Shown here piece by piece: positions 42,850-62,459 of a DNA stretch of 64,000 nt. Made by a program: the position numbers and the translations under genes. The notes beneath the pieces were generated by a model. The model saw only the letters and a list, made by a program, of their open reading frames with translations, did not search any database and had not been told where the DNA came from. Each line of letters opens with the position of its first letter. Position 1 is the first letter of the stretch. Origin of the DNA: the human T2T-CHM13v2.0 reference genome, Homo sapiens; the NCBI RefSeq assembly GCF_009914755.1, contig NC_060935.1; one strand, given 5' to 3'.

Positions 42850-45800
42850 TAAGTACCAAGATAATGTAACCGCATCACATAAGCACATAATAATGATAAA
42901 ACATGCAGAACAAAAGAAATCATCTTGCAGAACAACAATGACTCCCTGTCTTGTCTTGCGAGGCACCCCACCAACACCAAGGGGCCCCAAACTGATTACT
43001 CTCTTTGTAATCATCAGTAGATGTTAGTATTTGTAAGTATTCGCTATTTTTGAGTTGTAAATTGGGGGTATTATATCTTAGTTGCTACTCTTAAAGAATA
43101 AATTTCGGCTTATTTACCCTGGTTTCCATATTGCTGGTCACTCCCTCCTCACTTTTAGATTTCTGTTCACCTTGTTTCATCATCTTGGGAGTGGATGCTC
43201 TTCTTTGCTGGAGACAGTCATTTTAAAACAGCTCTGGCAGATTCTGTCTCTTGATTTGTCTACACCTGCTTCTCTGGCAACCCATCCTTTGCTCAGACAA
43301 ACTTTCAGGGGTTCAGGCTTCCTGCACTGCCACCTCTCATCCCTCTGCAGTGAACGTGACTAATCAGCCATAGTCCCCAAACCTAACCTTTGTAGGTTTG
43401 GCCGAGGCCTTCAGAACAGAGCTCAATCTTTCACAATGGTTTCACTGAAGCTCCTCTCCCTCAGCTTGGGAGGAATGTGGACAGAGTGGGTGGTGATATG
43501 AAAGAAAATGCCTCAACACTTCAACAACTTTTTCCATGTTAATTCTCTAATTGCCTCCTCTCAATTCTTTTATATGTGAATGTTGATTCAAGAGTATATT
43601 CAAGATTGATTGAAACTGGAGTTTGAAGCCTCTTTTGCAAATCCTGCCTAAGTGGCCTGGTACCTCACTGCATTGTACCAGAGCACTTGCACCTGCTGAG
43701 TTGGGGCCTCAGCCCAAACCAAGGCAGGAATAGTCTTTTGTAAAGATCCTGTAACCCTTAGTGATGACTCAATAAATGATAGTTCAGCAGCAGTTTTTGT
43801 GGGCAAAAGCTTTAATACCATATAAGATAAGCAGACACCATGGAATAAAGTGACAAAAAGATAAAAATCTAGTAAGATACAGGAAATAAGGATTTCAACA
43901 AATCTCTATCAGGGAAGACTTGATATAAGCAACAGAATGTCAAAACTTACCTTAGTGAATAAAATATTAATAGTTACCAGCTATTAAGTGCTTATTCTAT
44001 TGCAAAGACAGTGTGAAACATTTTGTAAACAGGATCTCTTAATCCTCAAGCAACTATATTATTTAAGTATTATTGTCCCTACAATTCACATAAGGAAACC
44101 AAGGTTACAAGAGGCTAAACATCTTTTCCAAGTTTATACTGTATGACATTATGTGTAGTTTGCTGAATACCTATATAGTTGAACAGAAGTATTGGACGTC
44201 CTCCTATGTCTCCTGTGGAGAACATTTTAAGGTATTGTTAAAGAAAAGTATTTTAATTTGTAGGACCCAAATCGCAATCGTAACCAACGTTCTGGAGCCC
44301 ACATTGCCCGGGTCAGGGACAAATCACCCGTAACCAGAGTAACTAAATCAGATCTCTTCATACATGTAGTGTCACAGTACAGACGATTCATTTTGTAGAA
44401 ATGAAACTAAAAATACCTTTGTAACTTATTCAGAGACCTCATAACTCAGATCTTCTAAGATATAACTTCAATATAAGCTAAATCACTTACAAACAGATTT
44501 CTCCCCACATATGAAACTATTTAACCCCTAGCATCTTTTCTGGTTTAAGGAAAAGCCATTTTTAATAAGTAGGATGAAAATCACATACATGAAACTTACA
44601 AGCTTCCCATCTTTTTTTGCTAATAACTAGGTTGTCCTTACAGAATTTCATAATGTGGTATGTTTCCAATGACTCTTTGTGATTTGACAAAAACTCCTTT
44701 GATTTTCCTTCTCTCTTCCCTATAGTAGTTTCTAAGGTTCTTTTGTTTTTTGTATATCTTGTTGCCTATCATGTATTCTTTAATTTGCTCTCTGAGACTT
44801 TAAATTTAATTTTTATGTTAGTCATCAGAAAAGAAAATAAGTAGAGAGATAAACTTCATCTTACCATACTTTGAAGTACTAAATATGTTTAAATTAAAAA
44901 AAAAAATGTAAAAAACCCTGAACCCTTGACATTCTATTGAGAAGCACCCACCAATCCTTGAAGCCTGTTCCTCCTCCACTTTCTTATTTGAGCAAGAAAT
45001 GTCTCTATCCACCTACATGCTCAACCCCCTCCATCAAGTCAGCTCCACATCCTGTAAGTTCTAACATCAACAGATATCTCCAAAGGCTCCACTTACCAAT
45101 TCCATCACAGAAACTGCCCTGGTACAAACCACTAGCTTCTTCTCAGCCTCAGAAGTGATCCCCCTACTCTTGATCTTGCTCCCACCCCAACCACCCCAAG
45201 TTAACAGTCACAGAGAGCTTTTAAAAACGCAAACTGCATTTAATTACCTCTCTATTAAAAACCTTCAAAGGCTTCCTATTACTCTTGGAAAAAAATCTAA
45301 TCTTAAAATGGCCTAAAAGATCCTTTATGATCTGCCTCTGCTAATTCCTCCAATCATATGGTGACCTTCCCCCCTCAAGCTTTTATCCCAATTTGTAAGT
45401 ATTTGTGTGTTTGGTGTAATGTTTCTCTCCCTTATTGGACTGTGAGTTCCATGAAGTGGGGCCATGATAGTTTTATGCGTTGTTCACCAATTGCGTGTAG
45501 CAAAACACCTGGCATGTAGGTTCTCCATAAATTTTGTTAAATGAATAAATGAACTTGAGTAAAAATTACTATAATAAGTAGAAAGTATTTTATGTTATAA
45601 GCAGCCAGTAAAATGGAAATCACAAACATAATAGGAAAATGCTTATATATTATATGAGTGAAGCAAAATAGGAAATGTAAAATATAATGTACATAACATT
45701 TACAATATGATTACCATAACATTTACAATACGTACATGTTATAGATATATATAACATATACAGTGTGATTGAGCCTATTATAAAATAGAGTAGACATATA

Positions 45801-46177
45801 TTTTTAAGACGCGATTCTGGTTTTTTAGGAGAGATCTATTTTAAGTTATAAGCAGGGTCTGTCTTGTAAGGTGAAAAACAGCGTTTGTCTTAGGAAGACA
45901 ATCCCTGTGTCTGGAAGGGATGTTTTGGTGGCCCTTTGGTTATACTAGGTGAAGCAAAAACCCTCTCCACAATGCAAAGATATGTGGCATTTAACTATTC
46001 TGAATAACAGTAAGTTTGTCTTCAATGTAGGTAGAGTTGCACCTCTGTAGATATTGTTTCCTTTTTGAAAAATAGCCTGTGCCTCTTCTCCCTTTCCCCA
46101 CTGTGGGTAGCAGTAGTAGACCGGGACTTTCAAGAAGCTTGGACTTGAACTCTGTGCAGGAAAAGCAAGGGGCAGGA

Positions 46178-46714
<537 letters not shown>

Positions 46715-47963
46715 AGTACTTTATATATCATTTAATCCTCACAATAATCCTATGAGATGAGGATGTGGTATTGATCTCATTTTGACACCAATTAGAGGTA
46801 ACAAAAATAATGAGGGGGTAAAAGGCCACCTATTAAAATAACATATTCCTTGGTGAATTGCAATCCTTTTTTACCTATAGGAATGTCAATTTGACCCTAT
46901 CTTCATCTAGCACAGCAATTATCTTTAAATATTATCATCGATTTATTTTATGTAAAGTTTTATGTGAGAAATCAAATCACAGTAGAAGAGATTTTCCAGA
47001 TTATCAGGGGCAGCCTTAGGACCCCATATCATCTACTGATGTTTCTGAAAATGTTGCTTGTCACTTTTGGCTTTGCAAAATGAACAACTTTGCAACTCTG
47101 TTGCTATACAGTGCAAAGCATTTGATTTATAAGGTTGCCAGGATAGGAAATAAAACACTTTTTACAATTAACACTCTCATTAGAATATATTTCTTATTTT
47201 TCCAAGTTAATGGTGGAGATGCTGCTTAGGAGAATTAATGAAGAATTGTTCAGAGACAGATTATAGATATTTCATAATATCAGATTTGGTAAAGGATGTC
47301 AGCTGACCACCAAGGAAACAATACATTTAAGTACAGTTTAGCTTTACCTCTAGCATTTATATAATGTAGAGTGTTCTTTGCCCCATCTATCACTCTTTTA
47401 AGAAACTATGTTGTCAAACCACTGTATTACTTATTCCTCATTGCTACCTCGTGCACCAGGTTGCTATTTTACCCCTTGGAGATGAAAAACACAATCAATA
47501 AAGCCAAACTATTGAACCAGGTTTAGTTATAAATTGAGAGCTAGACTGCAGATCTTCTGAATTTGTGTAGTTCTTAATTTATTGAACTGAGCTGCTCTTT
47601 ACAACCATGTATTTATTAGGTTTTAACTTTTTCAAAATAATAAAAAATATTGAAAATAAAGGTAAAGAGAATTGCTCCTAAGCACACCACTGTGACTATT
47701 TTTCATGGTGCCTATCACTCCCTAGCCCTTGTTTACATGCATGTATATTTCACATGTATGTAATATAGATGCACCCAACAGTCACAGGCTTCAGGAGTAC
47801 TCTCGCTTTCTGTTCCATAATAGGAATAGTTCAAGTCCTCATCCTGCTCTGCTGCAGGAATGGCAGCCTCTTATTAGGCCCTCCTTCCCAAGAGTTTCTG
47901 TGTATCCCAAAGAAAGCTAAGTGTTTCACAAATTTCACTCTGCTACAGAAGTAGCCTAGACTT

Positions 47964-48984
<1,021 letters not shown>

Positions 48985-50534
48985 ATATATAAAGTACTTA
49001 GAATAGGCAAACAAGGCACACTATAGATATATTGGTATTATTATATTATATTATTATGCATGTTGGCTATGAAAATTTGATTTCAACTCTGTGCTTGCCT
49101 GGTGTAGTCCTATGGTACATGTTTGCTGTCTATCTCATAACTGACAGGGCATCTTCCTCAGTAATATTCACTTCTCTGATTTCTTTCTTGTAGTTTCATC
49201 CAGATTGCTCCAAGATTCTCTGGCCACCTCATAGAAATCAGAGACAGATAATTAATCTCACTAGAGGTGTAGAGGTAGCAGGTCTCCTAGGACTTTGTGT
49301 ACTTAGATTCTTATAAAGCCCAATAGATGGACTGTGATTGCTTCTTAGGCTCTTGTCTCATGGTCACCTAGAGAATGTTATTCCTGGTAGTTTGTTTCTT
49401 GTTTTGTTTTTTTTTTAATTCATTCTTCCCAATACTGAGTATATAATATTGTTTCTACATGGTATATTTTTAGAACATATGACTAATCTTTTACAATTAT
49501 GGAATTAAAGAATGGGAAGATTCTTTAAGTAGAAGCTCTCATTAAAAGTTGTATATAGCATTCCAAAACTTCCATCTTGAATCTCTCTCATCTCTCCACC
49601 ATTGATATTTGTGTAATGGAAACCTTTTGGTGTTGTTGATGTTTTTCTTCTGTCTGCCCTTCCCACCATAGATAAGAGTGGTCAAGTGACACAGGCTGGT
49701 CATACGCCCTTAATATAAAATGACTGAATTTTCTTCCAATCATTACTTCAAAAAAATAAAAATAAAAAACATCCTCCCATCTAAATATACACACACAATA
49801 ATAACCCTGTTTCTCCTGTCTTTATTCCCCTATCTTCTCTTCATGACACGAATTCTTCTCGACATTGCCTTGTCTATAACTCTGCTTACTGGGCTTTCCT
49901 GCCTTCTGCAGAGCACTGCTAAGCACATCCTAGTGGCATAAACCAGTGGAGACCTTTGCCCTGTCCCGCTCTGCAGCCCCAGACAAGCCCTGACCTTGGA
50001 GCCGGCGTACAGCAAGCCAGCAGCTTACACCAGATTTTCGCTTCCAAAGAGAAGGATCATTCTGTTTCCCCTGCCCAGAAAGCTCCTTTGAAAAGATATT
50101 TTCCAAAGGAGATTCTCAGAGCTCTATCTTACCTCCTTCAATATTTCATCCCATTTCAACATGATCATAAATGTCATTTCCCGGCCTCTCATTTTCTTAA
50201 TCTGCTACTTTACAGTATTGAGGCCTTTCTTCTGTTCCCATAAGAGATTCAGAGTAGACTATGCAAGCAAAATATGTCCTAGCTCTCAGGGCCATACACA
50301 TTTGCCCAAGGGCACTCTGGACCAGTGCTCCCTGTGCTAATCTTTCCTAAAAATCTTTCCCACCTACTAAAAATCCTTCCCACCTACTAAACTATAATTG
50401 GGTACTTTCCAGAAGTCAACCACTGGCTAAGTAATTGTGCTAAGTATACCATCTTGGGAGACCGTCAAAGTGATCTGATCACAGTTTTGGAATTTGCAGT
50501 TGAGGAATTGATGATTATAAAGAGAAGCAACTTT

Positions 50535-50822
50535 GGCAAGGTGCAGTGGTTCATGCCTGTAATTCCATCACTCTGGGAGGCCAGGGCAGGCTAATCACTT
50601 GAAGCCAGGAGTTCGAAACCAGCCTGGCCAACATGGTGAAATCCCATTTCTACTAAAAATACAAAAATTAGCTGGGCTTGGTGGCACACACCTGTAGTCT
50701 CAGCTACTCGGGAAGCTGAAGCACGAAAATTTCTTGAACCTGGGAGTTGGAGGCTGCAGTTGCTCCACTGCACTCCAGCCTAGACGGCAGAGAAAGACTG
50801 TTTCTCAAGAAAAAAAAAAAAA
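50535..50822 (+). mobile_element. Alu (J/S)
   Basis: Dimer with a short right-arm deletion; A-tail; aagcaa(c)ttt flanks. Confidence 0.9.
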
Positions 50823-52346
50823 CAGAAAGAAAAGCAATTTAATCTAGGTCACAGAGCAAGTGGCATTGTTTAGACTCAAATCTCAGACTGTCTGATTCCA
50901 AAGCCTGTAAGTTTTTTGTTTGTTTGTTTGTTTGTTTAAACTGTGCAGCTTACTGCTTTCCCAGGGAAAGACTAGAAATATGACATCAGAAGGCCTGAAT
51001 TAACACCTCTGCTCAGCTGTTCATATGTGGACTTGGATGTCATTCACCTCCTCAATAACCACTCCCTCCTTCTGCAGGACCTGCAGGTCTCCAAGTCAGC
51101 CATGCCTTTGTTGACTTTGCTCCTTCTGTCTGGAATACCCCCACCTACACAGTGCTTGGCTAAGGACTACCTGCCCTTCAGCCCTCAGCTCCAATGTCCT
51201 TCCTGTAGGTGGTTTATCCTCCTCACAGATAAGCTCACATATGGCCCTGTGGTCACCTCTGTTAAGTGCCTCATCAGAATGCACTGTAAGCATCTGCTGT
51301 CTTGCACGGGCTCCATATTTATATGATACCAGCTTATCAGTGAACCATGCTTGGGTGTATGGAACCAATAAATGTATAGTTATTTATAGACATTTACAGT
51401 ACTATATTTATGATATATGATGTATATTATAAATCATATAGAAAGATACAAAAATTTTAATATAATATGGTGTTTAAAAATGATACTCTTAATGTCTTGA
51501 TAATTATAATGACTTGAGACTTTCATTACTGCTAATAGTGTAGAATACAATTTATACTTAGGGGAAAGCTTACTAAGAGGGTGGTGATAATCAATATTTC
51601 AAGTGGTCATCTTGATATATATTTTTATCTGACTTCTCTGCAGATCTGATTAGAATAACACTGTTTTTACCACATAATGTGGCTGACAAAAATTGTCTAC
51701 CATTCTATACAATTTGTTTGTGGTTGTGTTACAAGCGTTACCTTCCATCCATTATTTCTTGGAAGGGTACTTTTTAAGCCATTTCTCCATGTTGCCAGAG
51801 CTAGTTATTTACAAATCCATTTAACAGAAACCTATAGGACACAGCAAACACAGAGAAGGGCAGGGAATGTGAAAAGAAGGAAATCTTCCTGCTCCCTTGT
51901 GGGTAGTAGAACTGCTACTCTCCTCAAATCATGCTTCACTCTCCCTAAGGGACAGAGAGCCCACAGACGCCCACACAGCAACTATTGTGATATCCTGATA
52001 ATTTCCTTTATAAAGGTAAAAAACAAAAATAGATGAGATTTCTCGTCTTGATGATCTTGCTCAACCCGAGGGCACCTGCACCCAACTCTAGAGGACCACT
52101 GCTCTGGACAAGTTCATGGAGGGCAAGGATTACGTTTTCTTCATTTTCTCTGTTTAATTCAATCAGAAAGGCTCTTCCTTTTAATAACAGTAATAATAAA
52201 TACCCATATACTGCTTAAGCATTTTACCTTCATTACTTAATCTTCATATGACACTATGAGGTGGATATTGTTATTACCTACAATTTGTAGATGACTAGAG
52301 CATCTGAGCCCATATTCTTCTCAGCGATTTTATTCTTCCTCATCTG

Positions 52347-52410
52347 AGGTGTGTATGTGTGTGTGTGTGCGTGTGTGTGTGAGTGTTTGTGTGTATGTGT
52401 GTGTGTGGTG
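52347..52410 (+). repeat. Imperfect (TG)n microsatellite
   Basis: Visible TG run. Confidence 0.9.
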
Positions 52411-52806
52411 TATCAGTAGGTAAATCTAATCATGTATCCATTCATTTACTCAATAAATATTTATTCAGCACCAAGCAGGGACAAGACACTGCTCTAGGCA
52501 CCAAAGATACAGCAATGAATAAAATAGACTAGTCTTTATGAGATGCACTGGGGAGAGACAGAAAAAAAATTTAATACATAAGTGTGTTAAATTTTGTAAT
52601 ACGTTAGAAGGTGGTAAATGCTACAGGGAGAAAAAACAGGGAATTGAGGGTTGAGAGTATTGTGGGGTATAACTTTAAAGACAGTGGTCAGAGAAGGCCT
52701 TGCTGAATGGGGAACGTTTGAACAAAGACTCAAAGGATTTGAGGCAGGAGCATGTCCAGGATGCTGGAGGAACAGCCAGGAGGCAGCATCAGTACAGTGT
52801 GGTGCG

Positions 52807-53260
52807 TGTGATAGGGAGAGCAATGGCTCCCCAAAGATGTCTGCATCCTAATCCCATGAATTTGTAAATGTGTGACCTTACATGGCAGAAGGGACTTTGC
52901 AGATATGATTAAATTAAGCACCTTGAGATGGGAAGATTATCCTGGATTAGCTGGCGGGCCAGATGTAATCAAAAGAGTCCTTATAAGGGAAAGGACCAAG
53001 ATTGTGAAGACAAAAGCAGAGGTCAGAGCCTCTGCTGGAAGAACAACATGAGACAAGAACTGTGGGAAGCTCCTAGAAGCTGGAAAAGACAAAGAATGGT
53101 TTCTTCCCTAGAGAATTCAGTAGGAAGGCAGCCCCACCAACACATTGCATTTAGCCCAGTGAGACTTCCCTCCTCTAAAACTGTAAGATGATAAGCTTCG
53201 TATTGTTTAAACCACTAAATTTGTGGTAATTTGTTACAGCAGCAAGAGAAAACTAATACA
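52807..53260 (+). mobile_element. MaLR LTR (MLT1C/D-like)
   Basis: tgtgataggg...ccccaaagatgtc...ttgtggtaatttgttacagcagcaagagaaaactaataca. Confidence 0.88.
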
Positions 53261-53424
53261 GTGAGGAAGAAGAAGAGCAGTAGGAAACACGGCCAAGGAA
53301 ACAACTGGAGTCAGATCATGCAGGACTGTTTGGGCCATTCTAAAAACTTTGCCTTTTACTTCAAGTGAGATGGTAACCATTGGAGAGCTTTAAGCACAAA
53401 AGGAAATTGATGCGAATTACATTA

Positions 53425-53741
53425 TGTTTTTGTTTTTTGAGAGGCAAGGTCTTACTCTGTCACCCAGGCTGGAGCAGTGTAATCATAGCCCATTGCAGCC
53501 TGGACCTCCTGGGCTCAAGTAATCCTCCTGCCTCAGACTTCTCGGTACCTAAGACCACAGATGTGTACCACCACACCTGGTTAATTTTTAATTTTTAATT
53601 TTTTTATTTTTATTTTTTGTGTGTGTGGAGCAGGGTCTCACTATGTTGCCCAGGCTGGTCTCAAACTCCTGGCCTCAAGTGATCCTCCTGCCCCAGCCTC
53701 CCAAAGCATTGAGATTACAGATGTGAGCCACTACAGCCAGC
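53425..53741 (-). mobile_element. AluJ
   Basis: cctgggctcaagtaatcctcc and ggcctcaagtgatcctcc J-type motifs. Confidence 0.9.
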
Positions 53742-54169
53742 TGAATTTTTAAAAGGATTCTTATGCCTGATGTCTGGAGAAGGCCTGTGGCGTGGGGTGG
53801 GGGATAGAGTATGAGTGGCAGCATGTGAGAAGCAATGGCCATGTGGAAGCAGGAGACCACTTAGGAGACAATTGAAATCATCTGCAGAAGAAACCATGGT
53901 GGCTTGGCCCAGGACTATGGCAGTGAAGAAGGTGAGAAATAATCAGGTGCTGGAAATATTTTCAAAATAGAGTCCACAGGATTTGCTGATGGATTTGACG
54001 TGGAATGTGAGATACACGCCATCAAAGATTTCAAGGTTTGGCCTGAGCAACTGGAAGGACACAGTTGCCGTAAGTAAACTAAGGAATACCTTAGATTTTG
54101 GGTAGGATTGGGGGGTGAAGATCAGGAATTCAGTTTTAGATGTGTTAAATTTCTCATTTGAGAAGGCAC

Positions 54170-57300
<3,131 letters not shown>

Positions 57301-57800
57301 CTTGTTAGAACGGTTTCTCTGTTTCTCTCTTTCTCTTTCTTATTTCCTTCTTCTGCTCCCTAGCTTTTTTCCTTTCCCTCCTCTTTTTCCACCCCCTCCC
57401 CTTCAAACTTTTGAATTTGCTTTCACTCATCCTTTTGCAGAACTAGAAGCCAGTATGGTTCACTTCTCTGTCCTGAGGCTGGGACTATGCCCTCCAGCTT
57501 TCATAGCTCTATAGCTACATATCAACTCTAATCTAGAAGCCACTTGGCAATACCCTTTTTACACATCATTTCACCAGTGGGAATTGCAACCCTGGCACTA
57601 GTTTCAAGAAGTGAGCCTGGCTCAAGTCCACATCTCACTTGGGAAACACTTTCAGTCCAGTTATCTTGCATAAACTCAACTCCTGGCTGACTTTGCCTAT
57701 TTCTGAACAGGGACGGAGCCAGGAGACCAGCAGGACACCCTCTCAGGCTTGCTTTCTCTTTTGCATTTCTACTTCATCTGTGATCCAAGGAGATAATTGT

Positions 57801-58118
<318 letters not shown>

Positions 58119-58360
58119 TAAAAAAGAGAAATCTCTTTTAAAATTTATCATTATATGTTTTTTCCTCTGGTGTGATGGGGTAGTACTTAAGCTCACAATT
58201 TACAACATTGTCTTAACATAAGGTCTCTTATCTTTGTATCCAGTAATGAGCACAGGTTATCCACAAATGCTTGATAAGTCAATGCAGACATAGACAACTT
58301 CATGCACAGAAATAATAATGCCTATCTTACAAGACTGTCTTGAGGCTTTGTTAAATAAAA

Positions 58361-59152
58361 TGTATGGGGAGCCACTGTTTTGAACTGAACTCCTGCACTA
58401 GAACCCAATAGACCAAACCCCTTGATAGGGTTTGGCTATGTCCCCACCCAAATCTCATCTTAAATTGTAGCTCCCATGTGTTGTGGGATGGACCCGGTGG
58501 GAGATAACAGAATCATGGGGGCAATTTCCACTGTACTGTTCCTGTGGTAGTGAATAAGTCTCATGAGATCTGATGGTTTTATAAGGGGTTTCCCTTTTCA
58601 CTTGCTTCTCATTCTCTCTTGTCTGCTGCCATGTAAGATGTGCCTTTTGCTTTCCACCATGATTATGAGGCCTCCCCAGCCACATGGAACTGTGAGTCCA
58701 TTAAACCTCTTTTTCTTTATAAATTACACAGTCTCGGGTATGTCTTTATCAGCAGCATGAGAACGTACTAATACAACCTTCATACTAAGTACTACATGAT
58801 AAAACTGAAACTACAAGGAAGAAGAAAAATCTTCCAACGGACCAGTTTTTCCTAAAAACAGGAGATTCAAAGACACCCATTGGGAAAGATCCAGTCAACC
58901 TGAGCCAGCATGATGTGAAAGTCCTCTGTGCTTTAATCATTACAAGGAAAGTAAACCGATATTAACCAATCTCCTTTTTTTGTTGTTTTATTCTGTTTTC
59001 TTGTTACTGCTCAAGCTATGTTATAACAAAAAACTCGTTCTGCCATGCCGAATGGAGCTCTCTGTAATTTTAGATGAGATGCTGCCTGATTCATGAATTA
59101 CTAATAAAGCCCAATTCTATTTTTAAACTAAAGTTGTTGAGATTTTGTTAAC
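58361..59152 (+). mobile_element. ERV1 LTR (MER34-like) split by THE1
   Basis: tgaactgaactcctgcactag...gaccaaacc, and end gatgctgcctgattcatgaat...aataaagcc...ttgttaaca. Confidence 0.65.
58423..58775 (+). mobile_element. THE1 solo LTR (MaLR)
   Basis: tgatagggtttggctatgtccccacccaaatctcatctt...gtatgtctttatcagcagcatgagaacgtactaataca. Confidence 0.92.
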
Positions 59153-61369
59153 AACTTTAAGTAGTCAGGTCTGACTCTTACTTTTTTTTTTTTTCCAGCT
59201 AGTTTTGTACTATCTCAGTTAATACCTTGAGGATCTCTGATTGTTATACAGGAGTTTGTGGTGGAAAGAACATTGCATAAAACTTTCAAAATCTGAAAGC
59301 CTTTCGCCTGAGGGCAGATTTGGGGAGGGGAGTGAAATAACTTCATAATTGGAAGGAAGGCATGAATGCTGGATTTACGAAGGAAGCCACTTGGCTCTGG
59401 ATGGGAGAAGGTGATGTAAAGAGGCTAAAGCCAGATCTCTGGACTAGGATAAAATGAGATGTGGGATTTCACAGTCAGGAGAGACTTACTTAACCTCTTT
59501 TTAATCTGTTCTCCTCACACACAAATCAGGAAAAAATAGTTCTGTGCTTTCCATAACCCACAGCATGTGTTAAAAGTTGGCTAAGAATGTTAGCTTCCTG
59601 GAGGGGAAAAAGGGCAGCACTGTGTGTATTAATTTTTAAGTGTTTTTGTATTGATGTTATTAGCAAAAGATTCAAAATATTCTTTTTATGAGCCCTTCTG
59701 ATTTAGAGGTGTTTATTAGACATGCTGTACAATTCAGTTATTTATATTGCTTTTCCTTAACTTTATTTTTCTCATATGTAATTTAAACAATTTAATAGGA
59801 GAACTTGGTTAGGAAAGGCACTAAAACTCCCATTCTCTTTGTTACACACAGTAAAACTTAAATCTCCAAGTGGAAATACATTTTAAACATATTTGTATTC
59901 ACCATAAGGCAAAAGCTCTATCTATTCCCTCTTTGAACCTGAGAAGAACCTCCATACAAGAACCTCCAACCTCCTTGGAGTTGGCCCTTTTGAATAAAGG
60001 TTGACCCAAGGCTGTAAGAAGAGGCATGTCAAATACCTGGCATACCTGCCAACCTATTACTGAATGTGTATTTGGCTGCCAAAAAGTCTCTTCTAATAAA
60101 TAAAAATAAATGTATAAATGAAGGAACCAGATGCTATGGAAATAATTTTGCTCAGTTTGAAGATGGTTTTCATGAACTGCAATTTTCAGAAATAACAATT
60201 TGCCTCTGAACAGACTTTAATAATGGAAATTGAAGCAGTTTTAAAGACAAAAGGAAGGTTGGTGTGTTTGAATAACCACAGAATGATTTATTTCCTAATA
60301 TGAGGTGACAGGTATGAAATGAGACCACAAAATTGTTGGCATTTATAAACACATTATTTATATTCTTTTCTGAATCCAGATATCATACTTTGATTTTTTT
60401 TATCCAAAAGTTAAAAAGCTGTGAACTCAGATAAAATTTAACCAAGAGTTATTGTTCTTGTGTCATTACCAAAAAGGGACCTCTTTGATTGCTTGAGTGT
60501 AGAGTAAGTCCACTTTCATTTTAACCCTGGTGTCTGTAAGTTTTTCATCTGTAAAACTGTATAAAGGGTTGAAGTTGACATACATTCTTCAGAGTTGTAG
60601 GGTTTGCATCAATATTTTCTCTCCTTTAATGACTTTCACATATTTTACTGTGATTACTACAGGAAAAACAAGTTTGATCTGAAGATCAGAATCCTTTAAT
60701 CACTTGCCTGTGTTGCAAAAGAGAGAACATTCCCATTCTGGGCTGAATTATCAATTGATTATACCTAAAGCAGGGAAGCTGACATTTCAGAACACATATT
60801 ATGCACCAATCTTTTTCAGATAGTGTGTATTATCTGATCCTTGTAACAGCCTTATAAAGCAGAAAGCATCATTTCCATTTTTATAAATGAGGAAACAAAG
60901 TCTTAGAGAGGTAAAAGAACTTTCCAAAGGTCACACAGTAAGCAGGTGGAACAAGAGAAATTCCAACCTAAGTCTTCCTGGCTTCAAAGGCCCTGCTCAT
61001 TTACATATTCCTCAAAAAGATCTTAACGCTCCAAAATGAGGGCTCTAAGTGGAGTGGTTGGAGGAGGCTTCCAGCTCTATTCATTCTTTTTCTTTAAGTT
61101 TATGAGCTTTCAAAGATGATAAGCAGATGTTAAGTATGTAGGCTCAAATCAGAAGTATCCTTATCTTGCATTTTTGCTGTGGAGAGAATTGGGTTCTACC
61201 TTCAGAATGAGCTTAAGTAGCTATGCATACTCTCCTTTCAGCCCGCCTCTTCCATCACCATGGAATACCTTCTTCTTACAGACACCAATGCCCTCTTGCC
61301 AGCAACAAGCTGTCTTCTGTCTACATCTCAGGTCTTTATTTCCAAAGCAACACCTCATCCTTCAAACCT

Positions 61370-62340
61370 CTTTGGTCAGTCAGCAAGCATTTCTCAAGGG
61401 CCTATATCAGCCCAATAGTAGAAATAAAGGATGTAAGTAGAAATAAATAATACACAGTTCTTGCCCTCCAAGAGTTTATAGTCTTGCAGGGAAAAAAGGC
61501 ATCCAAAAAGCTAATTGTAGTACAATGTGATAAATACTATATATAATACATGGGACAAATACTCAGGTTTATTTACTGAAGCACAGAGGGAAAACACAGA
61601 AGGAGAAATTAACCCTGCCTGTGATATTTGGATCAGGCATCTCAGAGGAGATAAGCTTTCTGTGGTGTTTTGGAGATTGAATAGGAAGTTAGTTACATAG
61701 CTAAAGAAAAAAATAAAAAATAATTCCAGAAAAGGCAGATTGTATGTATAAGGGCCTGTAGGATTAAGTAAATGGCCGTGGGAGAGGCTTGATATGACTC
61801 AGATAATAAGAAGAATTGTGAAGTGTATTAGTTTCTTGTGTCTGCCATAATAAAGTACCAAAAACTGGGTGGCTTCAAACAACAGAAATTTATTTTTTCA
61901 CAGTTCTGGAGGCTAGACATCCAAAATCAAGGTTGACAAGGTCATGCTCTTCCTGACAGCTCTAGGAAAGAATCCTTCCTTGCCTCTTTCTGGCTTCTAG
62001 TGGTTACCAGAAGCAACCTTAGCATTTTGTGGCTTGTAGGTGCAACACTACAGCCACATGGCCACCTTCTCCAGTGTCTTCACTTTGTCTTCCATATATG
62101 TACATATGTCTCTGTGTCCAAATTTCACCTCTTTATAAGGACACCAGTCCTGTTCGAGTCCACCCTGATGACTTCATTTTAATTTGATGATGTCTGTAAA
62201 GATCCTACTTCCAAATACGTTTATATTCTGAGGTTCCAAAGGATAGGGCTTCCACATATCTTTTTTGAAAGACACACAGTGCAACTCAATAAGGAGTTAA
62301 ACCGGGAAAGGTAGCTTGGGAACAATTGTGAGGAAACATT
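61370..62340 (-). mobile_element. L2 fragment with nested MLT1 LTR (-, ~61824-62290)
   Basis: tgtattagtttc...acagttctggaggctag MLT1; flanking L2 motifs. Confidence 0.7.
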
Positions 62341-62459
62341 TATTCAAATGAATATTATAAATAAATCACATATCACATGACAAATATTTTGCTACTAAAA
62401 AAAGTTTTATAACATAAATAAATGGAAATGAATTTAGGATATAGAAAGAGAAACACTAT

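Larger units (their letters stand above)
52430..54150 (-). mobile_element. L2 with nested MLT1 and AluJ
   Basis: cattcatttactcaataaatatttatt L2 tail (reverse) and tggcctgagcaactggaagg...ggaattcagttttagatgtgttaa. Confidence 0.8.
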
